Shown in pieces: positions 1 to 9,570 of a stretch of 64,000 nucleotides of DNA. Where the stretch lies: NCBI GenBank assembly GCA_965112155.1, contig OZ218113.1; one strand, 5' to 3'. The first letter of the stretch is position 1; each line of letters begins with the position of its first letter. The notes under the pieces were generated by a model. It did not search any database, was not told the origin of the DNA, and saw nothing but the letters and a program-made list of their open reading frames with translations. A program made the position numbers and the translations under genes. This DNA comes from Podarcis liolepis. Taxonomy: Eukaryota.

Positions 1-217
1 CTTTTTTGGCAACTGCAACCTTGGTCTAAGGAGCCATCCGGCGCCTAGCTTATCTATCTGAGTTTCTAACACTGAGCATAGCTGTTGTCCATCAATAATA
101 GCCTTTTGCTCCGCCATCTTGTCCAATTCTTTTTCAAAACCACATAAGCTGGTAGTAACCACCAGCACCTCCTGTGGGACAGTTTCATAGTTTAATGATG
201 TGCTGTGTGAAGAAGTA

Positions 218-692
218 CCGTATTTTTCGCTCTATAAGATGCACCCGACCATAAGACACACCTAGTTTTAGAGGAGGAGAACAAGAAAAAAAATATTCTC
301 TCCCTCTCTGCGCAGCGCCCCTTCAGCGAAGCGGCAAGAGAAGTGGAGCCCCTTCCATTTCTCCTCCCGTTTCACTGAAGGGGCGCTGCGCAGAGAGGGA
401 AAGCTGTGCAGCGCCTCTCCAGCAAAGCGAAGCCTGGAGAGCAAGAGGGATCGGTGCGCACCAATCTTTATGGCCAGGGCACACCATCAAGATGAGCGCA
501 CGGGAGAGATTTTGGAAAGTAGATTTGTAATTTACTGACTTCATGTTATATGTTGTTGTTGTTGTTTAGTCGTTTAGCTTCGCGTTGCTTTCGCTGAAGC
601 CATGGAGCCTGCATTCGCTCCATAAGACGCACACACATTTCCCCTTACTTTTTAGGAGGGGAATAGTGCGTCTTATAGAGCGAAAAATATGG
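218..692. mobile_element. Non-autonomous Tc1/mariner-superfamily (Tc2/pogo-like) MITE
   Basis: TIRs CCGTATTTTTCGCTCTATAAGA ... TCTTATAGAGCGAAAAATATGG with flanking TA duplications (216-217, 693-694); inserted into a CR1-like remnant; related copy at 35216-35475. Confidence 0.85.
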
Positions 693-779
693 TAGCCAAT
701 GGGGGCCTTTCCTACTGAACCTTCTGCACTTCAAAAGAAATTCCCACTGCACCACCGATCCCTATCATTGCATACAATA

Positions 780-892
780 GCAAACGTTTCACAGTCTGCC
801 ATTATTGGGTAGCCCCCTGGGCTATTGTCCCCCCCTGGCCAATCACAGGGCTCAGAGCCGGCCCCTCATTTGAATGCTTGCTGGTATATAAG
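780..892 (+). promoter_or_regulatory. Pol II promoter of Arg-rich gene A (inverted CCAAT, CCAAT, ATTTGAAT, TATA)
   Basis: ATTGG 804-808, CCAAT 839-843, ATTTGAAT 868-875, TATATAAG 885-892; all four are conserved with identical spacing upstream of paralog B. Confidence 0.8.
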
Positions 893-962
893 AGCACTGT
901 TTGCATGAGGTCACCAGCATTTGCAATGTGCAGAAAGCCAAGCAAGAGCGGGGAAGAAAGAC

Positions 963-1598
963 ATGGCAGCTCTTAAAACGTACAGGATGTCCTACTCGCT
1001 GAGGAACAGGAGGAGGAGCTGGCTGAGGAGGCGTGGCCTGGAAAAGAGGAGGAGGAGCTACGAATGGAGGCGGAGCCGAGAGCGGAGGCGGGGGTGGAGC
1101 CGCCGGCCTAGTAGGCCACAGAAGACACCGGCCAGGAGAAGGAGAGTTCTGCCCAAGTCCAGGAGGAACACCTGCATTGTCCGGTTCCCGAGGCGAGGCT
1201 ACCGGATGAAGTGCCCCTTGATGTCCTGGTGCTTCAATAGGTGGATGCGGGGCAGCAGCAACCCTTCTCATGGGGCCAGATACTCCCTGCGCTCCAGCCG
1301 GCCGATGGTCCTTCGGAGCCGTGCGCCCAAGAAGTGCCCGCCAGGCCCTCGCCGCTGCCCTGACTTCCTTCAGGCTGCCCTGAGGGAGATAGCGAGCAAG
1401 AAGCGCGCCAAGTGGGTGGCCTCTTCCCTCCCCAAGAAGCGGCGGCGTTACTCGGACGAGGAGATTTTCTACCGCTTGGCGAAACCCTCCAAAGCGGAAG
1501 AATTGGGAGAGGAGGAGAGCGGTGACAAGGACGTGGAGAGCTCAGCTGCGGGGATAGCCCAGTCTGCAGAGTGCGGACTTCAAGAGACCATAAGCTAG
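963..1598 (+). CDS. Intronless Arg-rich basic protein, paralog A (211 aa, family unrecognised)
   Basis: ATG in Kozak context gacATGG about 70 nt after the TATA box; open to TAG 1596-1598; 24 Arg in the first 66 aa; two blocks shared with the ORF at 4103-4633; AATAAA at 1995-2000. Confidence 0.8.
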   Translation: MAALKTYRMSYSLRNRRRSWLRRRGLEKRRRSYEWRRSRERRRGWSRRPSRPQKTPARRRRVLPKSRRNTCIVRFPRRGYRMKCPLMSWCFNRWMRGSSNPSHGARYSLRSSRPMVLRSRAPKKCPPGPRRCPDFLQAALREIASKKRAKWVASSLPKKRRRYSDEEIFYRLAKPSKAEELGEEESGDKDVESSAAGIAQSAECGLQETIS

Positions 1599-1994
1599 AG
1601 ACAGACACCCCTCTCCTCCTTCTCGGAACAGCAAACAGGCCTGGGCAATGATCCAGAGGAGAAGAGAGGAAGAAGGGAATAATAACCATAATTTTAAAAA
1701 GTAAGAATCCTGTGTTGAAAGATCCAAGAACTTAAAGGAGACCACCTGCACCCATATTCCAATCCTGATTTTTAATTAATTTATTTTTTAGGCTGTTTAT
1801 CTCTGCCTCAGTGGGGGGCATCGGGAAAGTTTTTTTGAGCCATGGCATAGTCAGCGAAGAACATGGAAAGGTTATCCACCTCTCTCCCTTGCTAGCAAGA
1901 AGCAAACAAATCGGCTCCCACTGCTATGAGAACAAAAGGATTGTTGTTGTCCAGGGTGCTCCCTCCTCACCCCATGAATTCTTCTTGAAATACT

Positions 1995-2000
1995 AATAAA
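1995..2000 (+). terminator. Polyadenylation signal of gene A
   Basis: AATAAA followed by TCTGGATCTTTTGGAAC and a GT-rich tract; the same context is conserved in paralog B. Confidence 0.7.
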
Positions 2001-3392
2001 TCTGGATCTTTTGGAACACATGGGTTGCCTTGTGGAATGCTGAGGAGCAATTGGGTTGGGTGGGGAATAAGGAAGAAAAGGCTATGAGTGACCACTAGAC
2101 ATGATGGCTATGTTCTCCCTCCACTGTCGGAGACAGTACGCCTGTGAATACCAATTGCTGGGAATCGCAAGGCGGGAGGGAGCTGCTGCTGCTGGGCTGG
2201 GCTAAAATAGGCCATCATCCTGATTCAGAAGGACTCCCCTTAGGTGGGTGTAAGAGTCCAAGATCACTTCTGCTCACTAAGACCCAGCGGCTACCGTTTA
2301 GGGCTGGGCCTGGTTTTGAGGGAGTCCTTGGCAGAGTCCCCCCCCAACCCCTATTCTTTGCTTACTGGCCGTTGTGGGAAAGGAGAAGACAAGGCGGGGC
2401 AAGAAGGAATCTCCAGCAGTCCTGACTGGTGCCCCTTGGGGACTGGTAGGGCAGGTGTCTGGGAGCCAAACAGTAGGGGGAGCCAGAACGAATCACAGGC
2501 AGTCCCAATTAATTCTCGCTTTGTCCCCATCCTCTTCCCTGCTGAGTTCCACAGTAAGGAGAAGGCTATCGATGAGAACAGGTTGCTGGACTTGATAGGC
2601 CATTGGCTTGATCCGGCAGCCTCTTCTAACGTTCTTGCAGGGCGGCGCTGAGACCCAAGGCCACAATCAAACCACACAACTCGCAGAGTGATTAACAATC
2701 AGTCGTTCCTCACAGGGAACTCTGGGAATTGTAGTTCTCACAGGGGATACAAGGGGTCTCCTAACATCTCTCAGCACCCTTAACAAACTGCAACTCCCAG
2801 AATTCTTTGAGGGAAGCCATGTTTGTTTAAAGTGGACTCATGGTGATTCACATGTAAACAAAGGAGGAAGCTGAAAGCCAGGGTTGCTCCCTAGGATGGA
2901 AGGCAGGCAGGTGGGGCTGTCTGAGGTTGGTGGGCCAGTGCCCCATTCACCAAATAAGTCTCCACTGGGGGGGGGTTGTTTTGCTGTTGCTATGGTTGAA
3001 CAATTGGGAGTCATAATACCTCTCCCAAGCATAATATTTTATGCCTCCATCATGTCACCCAATCAGTCTTTCCTGGCATTCCCCCCTCAATTTCAAAAGA
3101 CACAAATGTTGTAACCTTTCCTTATAAGGATCTCCCCTCCCCCCCCCAAAAAAAATACCTGAACATTTCTGGGTTAAGGAGTCTTGCCTAGAGTTTATCC
3201 CACTGGCCTGAAGCCATAAATGAAGATGGAAACAAAAAAATGCTCAGGGTGTACCACTTTTTGAGTTCTTGAGATTGTTCTTCTCCGCTTAGGATTTTCA
3301 TTGGTGCTGCTTTATATCATATACCACCCATGATAATTGAATGAAGGCTAATTGAATCATCATAAGTAATGACTGCATATATGTGTCTTTCT

Positions 3393-3615
3393 AAAGCACA
3401 TCAAAGTGCAAGTAGATAAATAGGTACCACTCCGGCGGGAAGGTATACGGCGTTTCCGTGTGCTGCTCTGGTTCGCCAGAAGCGGCTTAGTCATGCTGGC
3501 CACATGACCCAGAAGCTATACGCCGGCTCCCTCGGTCAGTAAAGCGAGATGAGCGCCGCAACCCCAGAGTCGGCCACGACTGGACCTAATGGTCTGGGGT
3601 CCCTTTACCTTTACC
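3393..3615 (+). mobile_element. Sauria/Squam1-type SINE, 5' truncated
   Basis: Matches the 3' two-thirds of the full copies in this window; ends in a (ACCTTT)n tail. Confidence 0.9.
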
Positions 3616-3662
3616 TTTTTAACAAGTTCAAGACACAATGTATACGTTTCAAAAGATCCAGT

Positions 3663-3668
3663 TTTATT
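3663..3668 (-). terminator. Polyadenylation signal of gene B
   Basis: AATAAA on the minus strand followed by ACTGGATCTTTTGAAAC, homologous to the gene A polyA context. Confidence 0.7.
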
Positions 3669-4102
3669 ATTACTCCAAGATGAAGTTCCTGAGTGGGGCT
3701 GGGAAACACACTTTGGATACAATGACAAAGCCCTTTTCATTTTCCTTCAAGCGGTAGCCAATTTCTGTCTGTTTCTTGTTAGCGAGGAAAGGAATAATTA
3801 TTCGTTCAAGGGGTAGGTTCAGAGATGCGGGCCTTTTCTGAGGTGACGGGTGTCTCTTGGTTATTTATCCAATGGCTCAAATTTCTTCTTTTCTCCTCCT
3901 GCAGGCATTGATAAATCTATTAGTTCTGCAAAAATGGCTCCAGGACAGGATCGGAATGTGGGTGGTGACACGCCCCTTCAGTTTCCTTGGATCTTTTGAG
4001 CAGGCCGGTGGCTTATGTAGTATACATTTTGCCTCCCTCTTCTCCCTTCAGTTTTCTGTCAGGCCTGCTTGCTGTCCTGAGAAGAGTGAGGGAGATGTTC
4101 GT

Positions 4103-4633
4103 CTAGCTCGATACCTCCTGGAGCTCATTCGCCGTTGGCTGAGGTACTCCTGGAGCCATGTTCTCTGCCCCTGGGTTGGCGGGCGAGCCCTGGTCTTTTG
4201 ATCTGTAGGGCTTTGCCAACTTGTAGAAAATCTCCTCATCGGAGTAACGCTGGCGCTTCCTGGGGGCGGCTGGCGCCACCCACTTGGCTCGCTTCTTGCT
4301 CGCCACTTGCCTGAGGGTGGTGTGGAGGAAGTTGGGGCAGGAACAAGGGTGCTGCTGATTCCGCTGCCTGCCCAGCCGCAGGGACATCTTGTGGTGGACA
4401 TCCGCTATGCAGGGGCTCAAGGCGGCTTTGGCCTTCTGTAAGGAAAGGATGTCGTCCCGCATCTTCCGGTTGAAATACCAGGACAGGAGAGGGCATGATG
4501 TTAAGTAGCTGCTTCTTGGGAACCTGATAATGCAAACGTTCCTCCTGGGTTTCTGAGGTAGCTTCCCTCGTCTGTTCAGGATCTTCTGGGCTCTGCTTTG
4601 CTGGCTCTTTCTACCCCTTTTGATGGAAGCCAT
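4103..4633 (-). CDS. Intronless basic protein, paralog B (176 aa, family unrecognised)
   Basis: Strong Kozak gccATGG; open to TAG; shares RRNxCIxRFPR..CPLxSWxFNR and CPxFL..LR..ASKKRAKWVA..RYSDEEIFYxLAKP with paralog A. Confidence 0.8.
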   Translation of the reverse strand: MASIKRGRKSQQSRAQKILNRRGKLPQKPRRNVCIIRFPRSSYLTSCPLLSWYFNRKMRDDILSLQKAKAALSPCIADVHHKMSLRLGRQRNQQHPCSCPNFLHTTLRQVASKKRAKWVAPAAPRKRQRYSDEEIFYKLAKPYRSKDQGSPANPGAENMAPGVPQPTANELQEVSS

Positions 4634-4708
4634 GGCCTCTTGCTGGTTCGTCCTCTCCAGCTCAACTGCCCCACCTGCAAATACTGGTGACCTCCAGCCA
4701 GCACTCCT

Positions 4709-4821
4709 CTTATATACCGGCAGGCATTCAAATGAGGGGCTACTTCTGAGTCCTGTGATTGGCTGGAGATGAACAATCGCTCAGGGAGCTATCCAATAAT
4801 GAGGGACTGTGAGGCATTTGC
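4709..4821 (-). promoter_or_regulatory. Pol II promoter of gene B
   Basis: On the minus strand: ATTGG 4797-4793, CCAAT 4762-4758, ATTTGAAT 4733-4726, TATATAAG 4716-4709; start-to-start spacings of 35/29/17 nt are identical to the gene A promoter. Confidence 0.8.
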
Positions 4822-5714
4822 CTCTGTGTGGAATTATGGGGGTGGAGTCAAATATTCAGGGCACAAGCCAACATAACACAAGCCACTATTTAAACTTGGC
4901 ATCCATGGAAAATTCTGCATCAACCCAGCACTATTTTACACAGTAAACAAGTTTGAGTGTGCTTAACTTTGGCTGTTCCTTTTCTTGTATCTGAGTGTCA
5001 TATTATTATTATTATTTCAAAAATCAGCATCAACATTCTTCTCCACCCCCCTTTCCTAGCTGCAGGGTAAAATATTTTCTTTATTTTGTGCCATTTGGAG
5101 CTGTTGTGTTTTATTAAAATCTTTTATTCTTCTGAAACACAAAAATACATCAGATGTTCTGAATTAACTTTCCGCTATGCTTCATTTCTACACGCTGGCT
5201 CATTTGTAAATCTCTTTTCCTTTTTGGTAAACAAAACATTTTTATTTAAAATGTTCTTTTTTAAAAAACAACAACAACCCCACCAATGGTCCCTTTATTC
5301 AGCTGAAATAAAGTGGGGATAAAAAGTTCTGAACATGTTCAAAATATTTTGTTGTTACCTGATGCAGTTTGGAAACAAGAAATTCCTTCCTTGGGGCAAT
5401 AATCAACACTCCAAAAAACATTGGAATATAAGAAGGGCCCTTCTGGATCAGGCCAGCGGCACATCTAATCCAGCATCCTGTTCTTACAGTGGCCAACAAG
5501 GTGTCCCAATTCCACCTTTAAATCCTGGTAATGTCCGGGGAAATCCAGACACATGGCAGCCCTAATGAAAAGCCAGCTATGATGGGAGTTGTAGTCCAAA
5601 GAGGCTGTGCTTGGTGGAGCTGATGGGAGTTGAAATGGGTAGGGCTGTATCTTTCCATCTTTGTGCATATAGCAGCTTCGCTGCTGCAGTCATATATTGG
5701 AGTGGTCTTTCATA

Positions 5715-5933
5715 GAGCCAGTGTGGTGCAGTGGTTAAGAGCGGTAGTCTCGTAATCTGGGGGACCGGGTTCGCTTCCCCGCTCCTCCACATGCAGCTGC
5801 TGGGTGACCTTGGGCTAGTCACACTTCTTTGAAGTCTCTCAGCCTCACTCACCTCACAGAGTGTTTGTTGTGGGGGAGGAAGGGAAAGGAGAATGTTAGC
5901 CGCTTTGAGACTCCTTAAGAGGAGTGAAAGGTG
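5715..5933 (+). mobile_element. tRNA-derived SINE (Squam3/CORE-like)
   Basis: A box TGGTGCAGTGG, B-box-like GGTTCGCTTCC, CORE-like GGGTGACCTTGGGCTAGTCAC; runs into the N gap. Confidence 0.75.
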
Positions 5934-6129
5934 NNNNNNNNNNNNNNNNNNNNNNNNNNNNNNNNNNNNNNNNNNNNNNNNNNNNNNNNNNNNNNNNNNN
6001 NNNNNNNNNNNNNNNNNNNNNNNNNNNNNNNNNNNNNNNNNNNNNNNNNNNNNNNNNNNNNNNNNNNNNNNNNNNNNNNNNNNNNNNNNNNNNNNNNNNN
6101 NNNNNNNNNNNNNNNNNNNNNNNNNNNNN
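5934..6129. other. Assembly gap (196 N)
   Basis: Run of N. Confidence 1.
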
Positions 6130-6799
6130 AATTGTCCTTGCAAGTTTCCTAGAAGCAGTTGGCTTCTTGCTGTGGAAAACAGGACGCTGGGTGGATTTGA
6201 TCCAGTAAGACTCATAAACCAGGTGGAGGGAAAGGCGAATGAAATGAAACTCCCTCTGTAGAGATTTGTAAGCAAGCCTCACTTGCGTGACTGCTTCCAA
6301 TTACCGCTTTGTTTTGAGTATGGGAAGAACATCCCTCCGGCATTGACTCTGGACAGTTTCTTCCCCCTTCCCTGCTCTCTGTGGCTTGGACCACTTGACG
6401 CAGCCATCTGGATTGTGTTACCAACTTGAGTCCTTGCTTGCAGGTCCTTCTTGCCAGCAGAGCAAAGCAGAACCTTTTTGATTCATATCAGCCTCTTCCA
6501 CATTTCATCTTTCTGCTTCTTTGTAACTTGGGGGTCTCCCTTTAAGCACAGGGTTGGGGGACTGGATGCTGCCGGTGGGTCAGATCCCTAACTTTGTCCA
6601 ACTTTTGTCAGTGCCGATCAGCTGATCAGAGGTTGCAGCAATCTCCTTTGGAGACAGGCTTCCAGTGCCAATCAGCTGCAGTTAGCGCAGAATGCTGCAG
6701 CGCGATTGCTAACAGGAGTGAGGCCTTGTTATCGTGCAATACCTATTCCCAGAGATGTGCACTGATTTCCAATTTGCAATTTCCCTTAAAACTGAACAG

Positions 6800-6909
6800 G
6801 TCCAGAACTGTCCCACATCCATTGACTGGGAGGGCTGCAACCCACAAAAACTCTACACCTTGATTCTCACAGACCTGGATGTTCCCAGCAGGGCGGATCC
6901 GAAACTCAG
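6800..6909 (+). CDS. PEBP1: PEBP1/RKIP-like gene, exon 2 (110 nt)
   Basis: aacag|GTC...CTCAG|gtgag; translates [36 protein letters not shown](R), colinear with PEBP1 exon 2; not captured by the ORF track. Confidence 0.9.
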
Positions 6910-7188
6910 GTGAGAGAGACCACAAAAGGGACATTCTCTCCCTTTGGCCTACTCCTGTCTTTAGAGAAATATGCATGTTTTCAATGCCCATAATCCAGGG
7001 AGGGTGGAATAACTGTGCAGCCACACAGGGAAGGACCATAGCTCAATGGTGGGGCAATACTGAGCTAGATGGATCAATTGGTCTGACTTTGGTGTTTGGC
7101 AGCTTCCTCTGTTCTTATCATCTTTGAGTTATTTAGAGCACTTGTACATTGCTTTTCAGCTGAAAAGCACATGGTGCACTGCTGAGTT

Positions 7189-7545
7189 AAAGGTAAAAGT
7201 AAAGGGACCCCTGACCATTAGGTCCAGTCGTGACCGACTCTGAGGTTGCGGCGCTCATCTCGCTTTTCTGGCCGAGGGAGTCGGCGTACAGCTTCCGGGT
7301 CATGTGGCCAGCATGACTAAGCTGCTTCTGGCGAACCACAGCAGCGCACGGAAACGCCGTTTACCTTCCCGCCGGAGCGGTACCTATTTATCTACTTGCA
7401 CTTTGACGTGCTTTCAAACTGCTAGGTTGGCAGGAGCAGGGACCGAGCAACGGGAGCTAACCCCGCCGCGGGGATTCGAACCGCCGACCTTCTGATCGGC
7501 AAGCCCTAGGCTCAGTGGTTTAACCCACAGCGCCACCTGCGTCCC
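7189..7545 (-). mobile_element. Sauria/Squam1-type SINE, full length
   Basis: tRNA-like head GGGACGCAGGTGGCGCTGTGG with B box GGTTCGAATCC on the minus strand; (ACCTTT)n tail. Confidence 0.92.
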
Positions 7546-7654
7546 TTAGGTGGTAGATTTTACCAAATAGGGAAACCATGGAGGATTAATGTGGAACACT
7601 TGGTTTGGATGTTGAATTCTGAATGTTCCTTCCCTGCTTTTTTTCCTCCTGTAG

Positions 7655-7755
7655 AGAGTGGCATCATTTCCTGGTGACCAACATGCAAGGCAACAACATT
7701 GGCAGCGGGTGCATTTTGTCGGATTATATTGGATCTGCGCCTGCCAAGGGAACAG
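7655..7755 (+). CDS. PEBP1: PEBP1/RKIP-like gene, exon 3 (101 nt)
   Basis: polypyrimidine tract, tgtag|A GAG TGG...ACA G|gtagg; [33 protein letters not shown]; phases match exons 2 and 4. Confidence 0.92.
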
Positions 7756-9211
7756 GTAGGCAAACCATTGTAGAGGGGTGGGCAAACTTGCTCTGCAGGC
7801 CAGACCTTTATGAGATTCTAGCTTTGTGGGCCAAATTTGACAGGTGGGCAAGGGTGTCACACACCTGATGTCACAGACAGTTGGGTGCTTTGAAGTCCCA
7901 GAGTTGGGACTTGCTGGACTTGCAAAGAACTCCACATAGTGCTTTAAAGTACTCATGGTTGTGGCATTACCACTCACCAACTGATTGACAGTAGAGCCAG
8001 AGGCTGCTTTAAGACTCTCTTATTGTGTATTATCTCTACCCCTAGCACACCTCAAACCCCAAGTCCAAGGCAGGTGGCTGTAGATTTGGGGAAGCAGCCC
8101 CATGGGCCAAATTTGAACCCCTGGTGGGCCAAATTTGGCCTGCGGGCCAAAGGTTCCCCACCTCTAACCTTGGCACTAGGGTGAGAACCTCAGCCTTGGG
8201 GCCAGATGTGGCCTTCTAGACTTCTTTAGGCTGATTTGACAGGAGTGAGTGTGCAGGCCTGAGGCAGAGAGGCAGAAGAACTTGAAAGTCTTGCATTTTC
8301 AAAGAAAGCACCTGTTACAGCACAAGCAGCACAGAACAGACAAGAACAAGGCGATACGTTGCTTCAACAGCCCTTCAAGGCACTGTGGTAAAATTGTTCC
8401 TACTGACTGAAAGTTTAAAAAGTCGTATCTTTGGCATTTTCCCTATATGACAAATCTGGGGAGAAACTTTACCATTTTGCTGACAAATGCAGCAGGGTAG
8501 CCATTCAGCGGAGTTTTGATCCAGTGTTTGTCCTGATCTGATGCATATAGACCTCCCATACAGAAAGGCTTCCCCCTGCTGAGACTGAGGGGAAGTGACT
8601 TCCAAAATCATCTTGGGTGGGAGGGCACCAGCTTGGAAACCTTTGTGGATTCTCTACCTTAAGCTTTGAGAGTTTGGAAGGTGCTGATTGCCTTGCCTAA
8701 GAGACTGAGCAAAGGGCTGGCTGGTTTGTTCCAAGACAAGTAGGGACCTCGCCCTGCGCCAGGAACCCAGAAATCAAATACAGAGCACATTATTTGCTTT
8801 TAGATGGGTTGATTGCTTTACCTTTTGAGAGATTAGCAGTGTGATGTTTGATTGGACTAGATGCCAAGTGCCGTTCAAACATGATTTGATGTGCATGGAG
8901 AGGTGAGACATTTCTTTCCTCCTTGACAGATTCTTGGCTTTTTAACTGGAGTAAATGGCTGGGAGTGTTTCTTCTTAAGAAACAAACTTAAAGCCTTGGG
9001 TATTTTTTAGAAGGCACATCTCTGCCTCTCCCTGGGAAGGCAATTTCAAGGCAGCTCAAGTTGGGGACCATGACTGCCTCTTGTGGCAATGAGTTCCACA
9101 GTTTACCTGTGCCTTGCATGAAATAGTACTTCAGCTCGTTGGACCGGTAATCTGAGTTGGGATCAGGCAGCTCCCATACATTCCTATCAGTTTAATCTGC
9201 AACACAGTCCT

Positions 9212-9570
9212 TAAGAACCTAAGAATGTGAGAAGAGGCTGCTGGATCAGGCCAATGGCCCATCTAGTCCAGCAACCTATTCTCACAGTGGCCAACCAGGT
9301 GCCGTAATGGGAAACCTTCAAGCATGGTGCAAGAAAAAGAGTCCTCTCGCCTCTTGTGGTTTCCAGCAATTGGTATTGAGAAGCACTGCCGCCAATGGTG
9401 TTGGCAACAGCAGCTCCATCGTGGCTGGTAGCCTTCAAAAGCCCTCTCCTCCATGAATTTGTCCAATCCTCTTTTAAAAACTTCTTGGTTGGTGCCCATT
9501 GTTGCCTCTTGTGGCAGTGAGTTCCACAGTTTAACTATGCAATGCATGAAGAAGTCCTTCCTTTTATCTA
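9212..9570 (-). mobile_element. CR1-type LINE 3' fragment
   Basis: Minus strand reads FF..CIVKLWNSLPQE....FKRGLDKFME (CR1 ORF2 C-terminus) plus 3' UTR; related copies near 29410-29670 and 55750-56220. Confidence 0.75.

Noticed and set aside
921-962. ORF-track N-terminal extension of gene A (MQCAESQ...)
   Set aside because: It starts at TTG near the predicted TSS; the first ATG in Kozak context is at 963
1161-1487. Resemblance to histone H2A (RFP..DEE) or to homeodomain pieces (SWxFNR, KKRAKW, KRRRYS)
   Set aside because: FP-to-DEE spacing is 90-94 aa versus about 65 in H2A, with no histone-fold pattern; the homeodomain-like words are in the wrong order and lack the WFxN core. A profile search would be needed to revive either idea
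852-1689. Antisense ORFs over gene A (Pro-rich 139 aa and 151 aa), and similar shadows over gene B
   Set aside because: These are shadows of GC-rich Arg codons, with no promoter and no conservation between the paralogs
2244-2698. Overlapping ORFs between the two new genes
   Set aside because: No recognisable protein or promoter; probably an unclassified repeat, and no TSD was found
6130-6209. Possible PEBP exon 1 ending at CCA|gtaaga
   Set aside because: The translation shows no convincing similarity to the PEBP1 N-terminus
7304-7495. Recurrent ORF MASMTKPLLAN...GFEPPTF (also near 21913, 34362, 38537)
   Set aside because: It is the antisense translation of Sauria SINE copies, not a gene family
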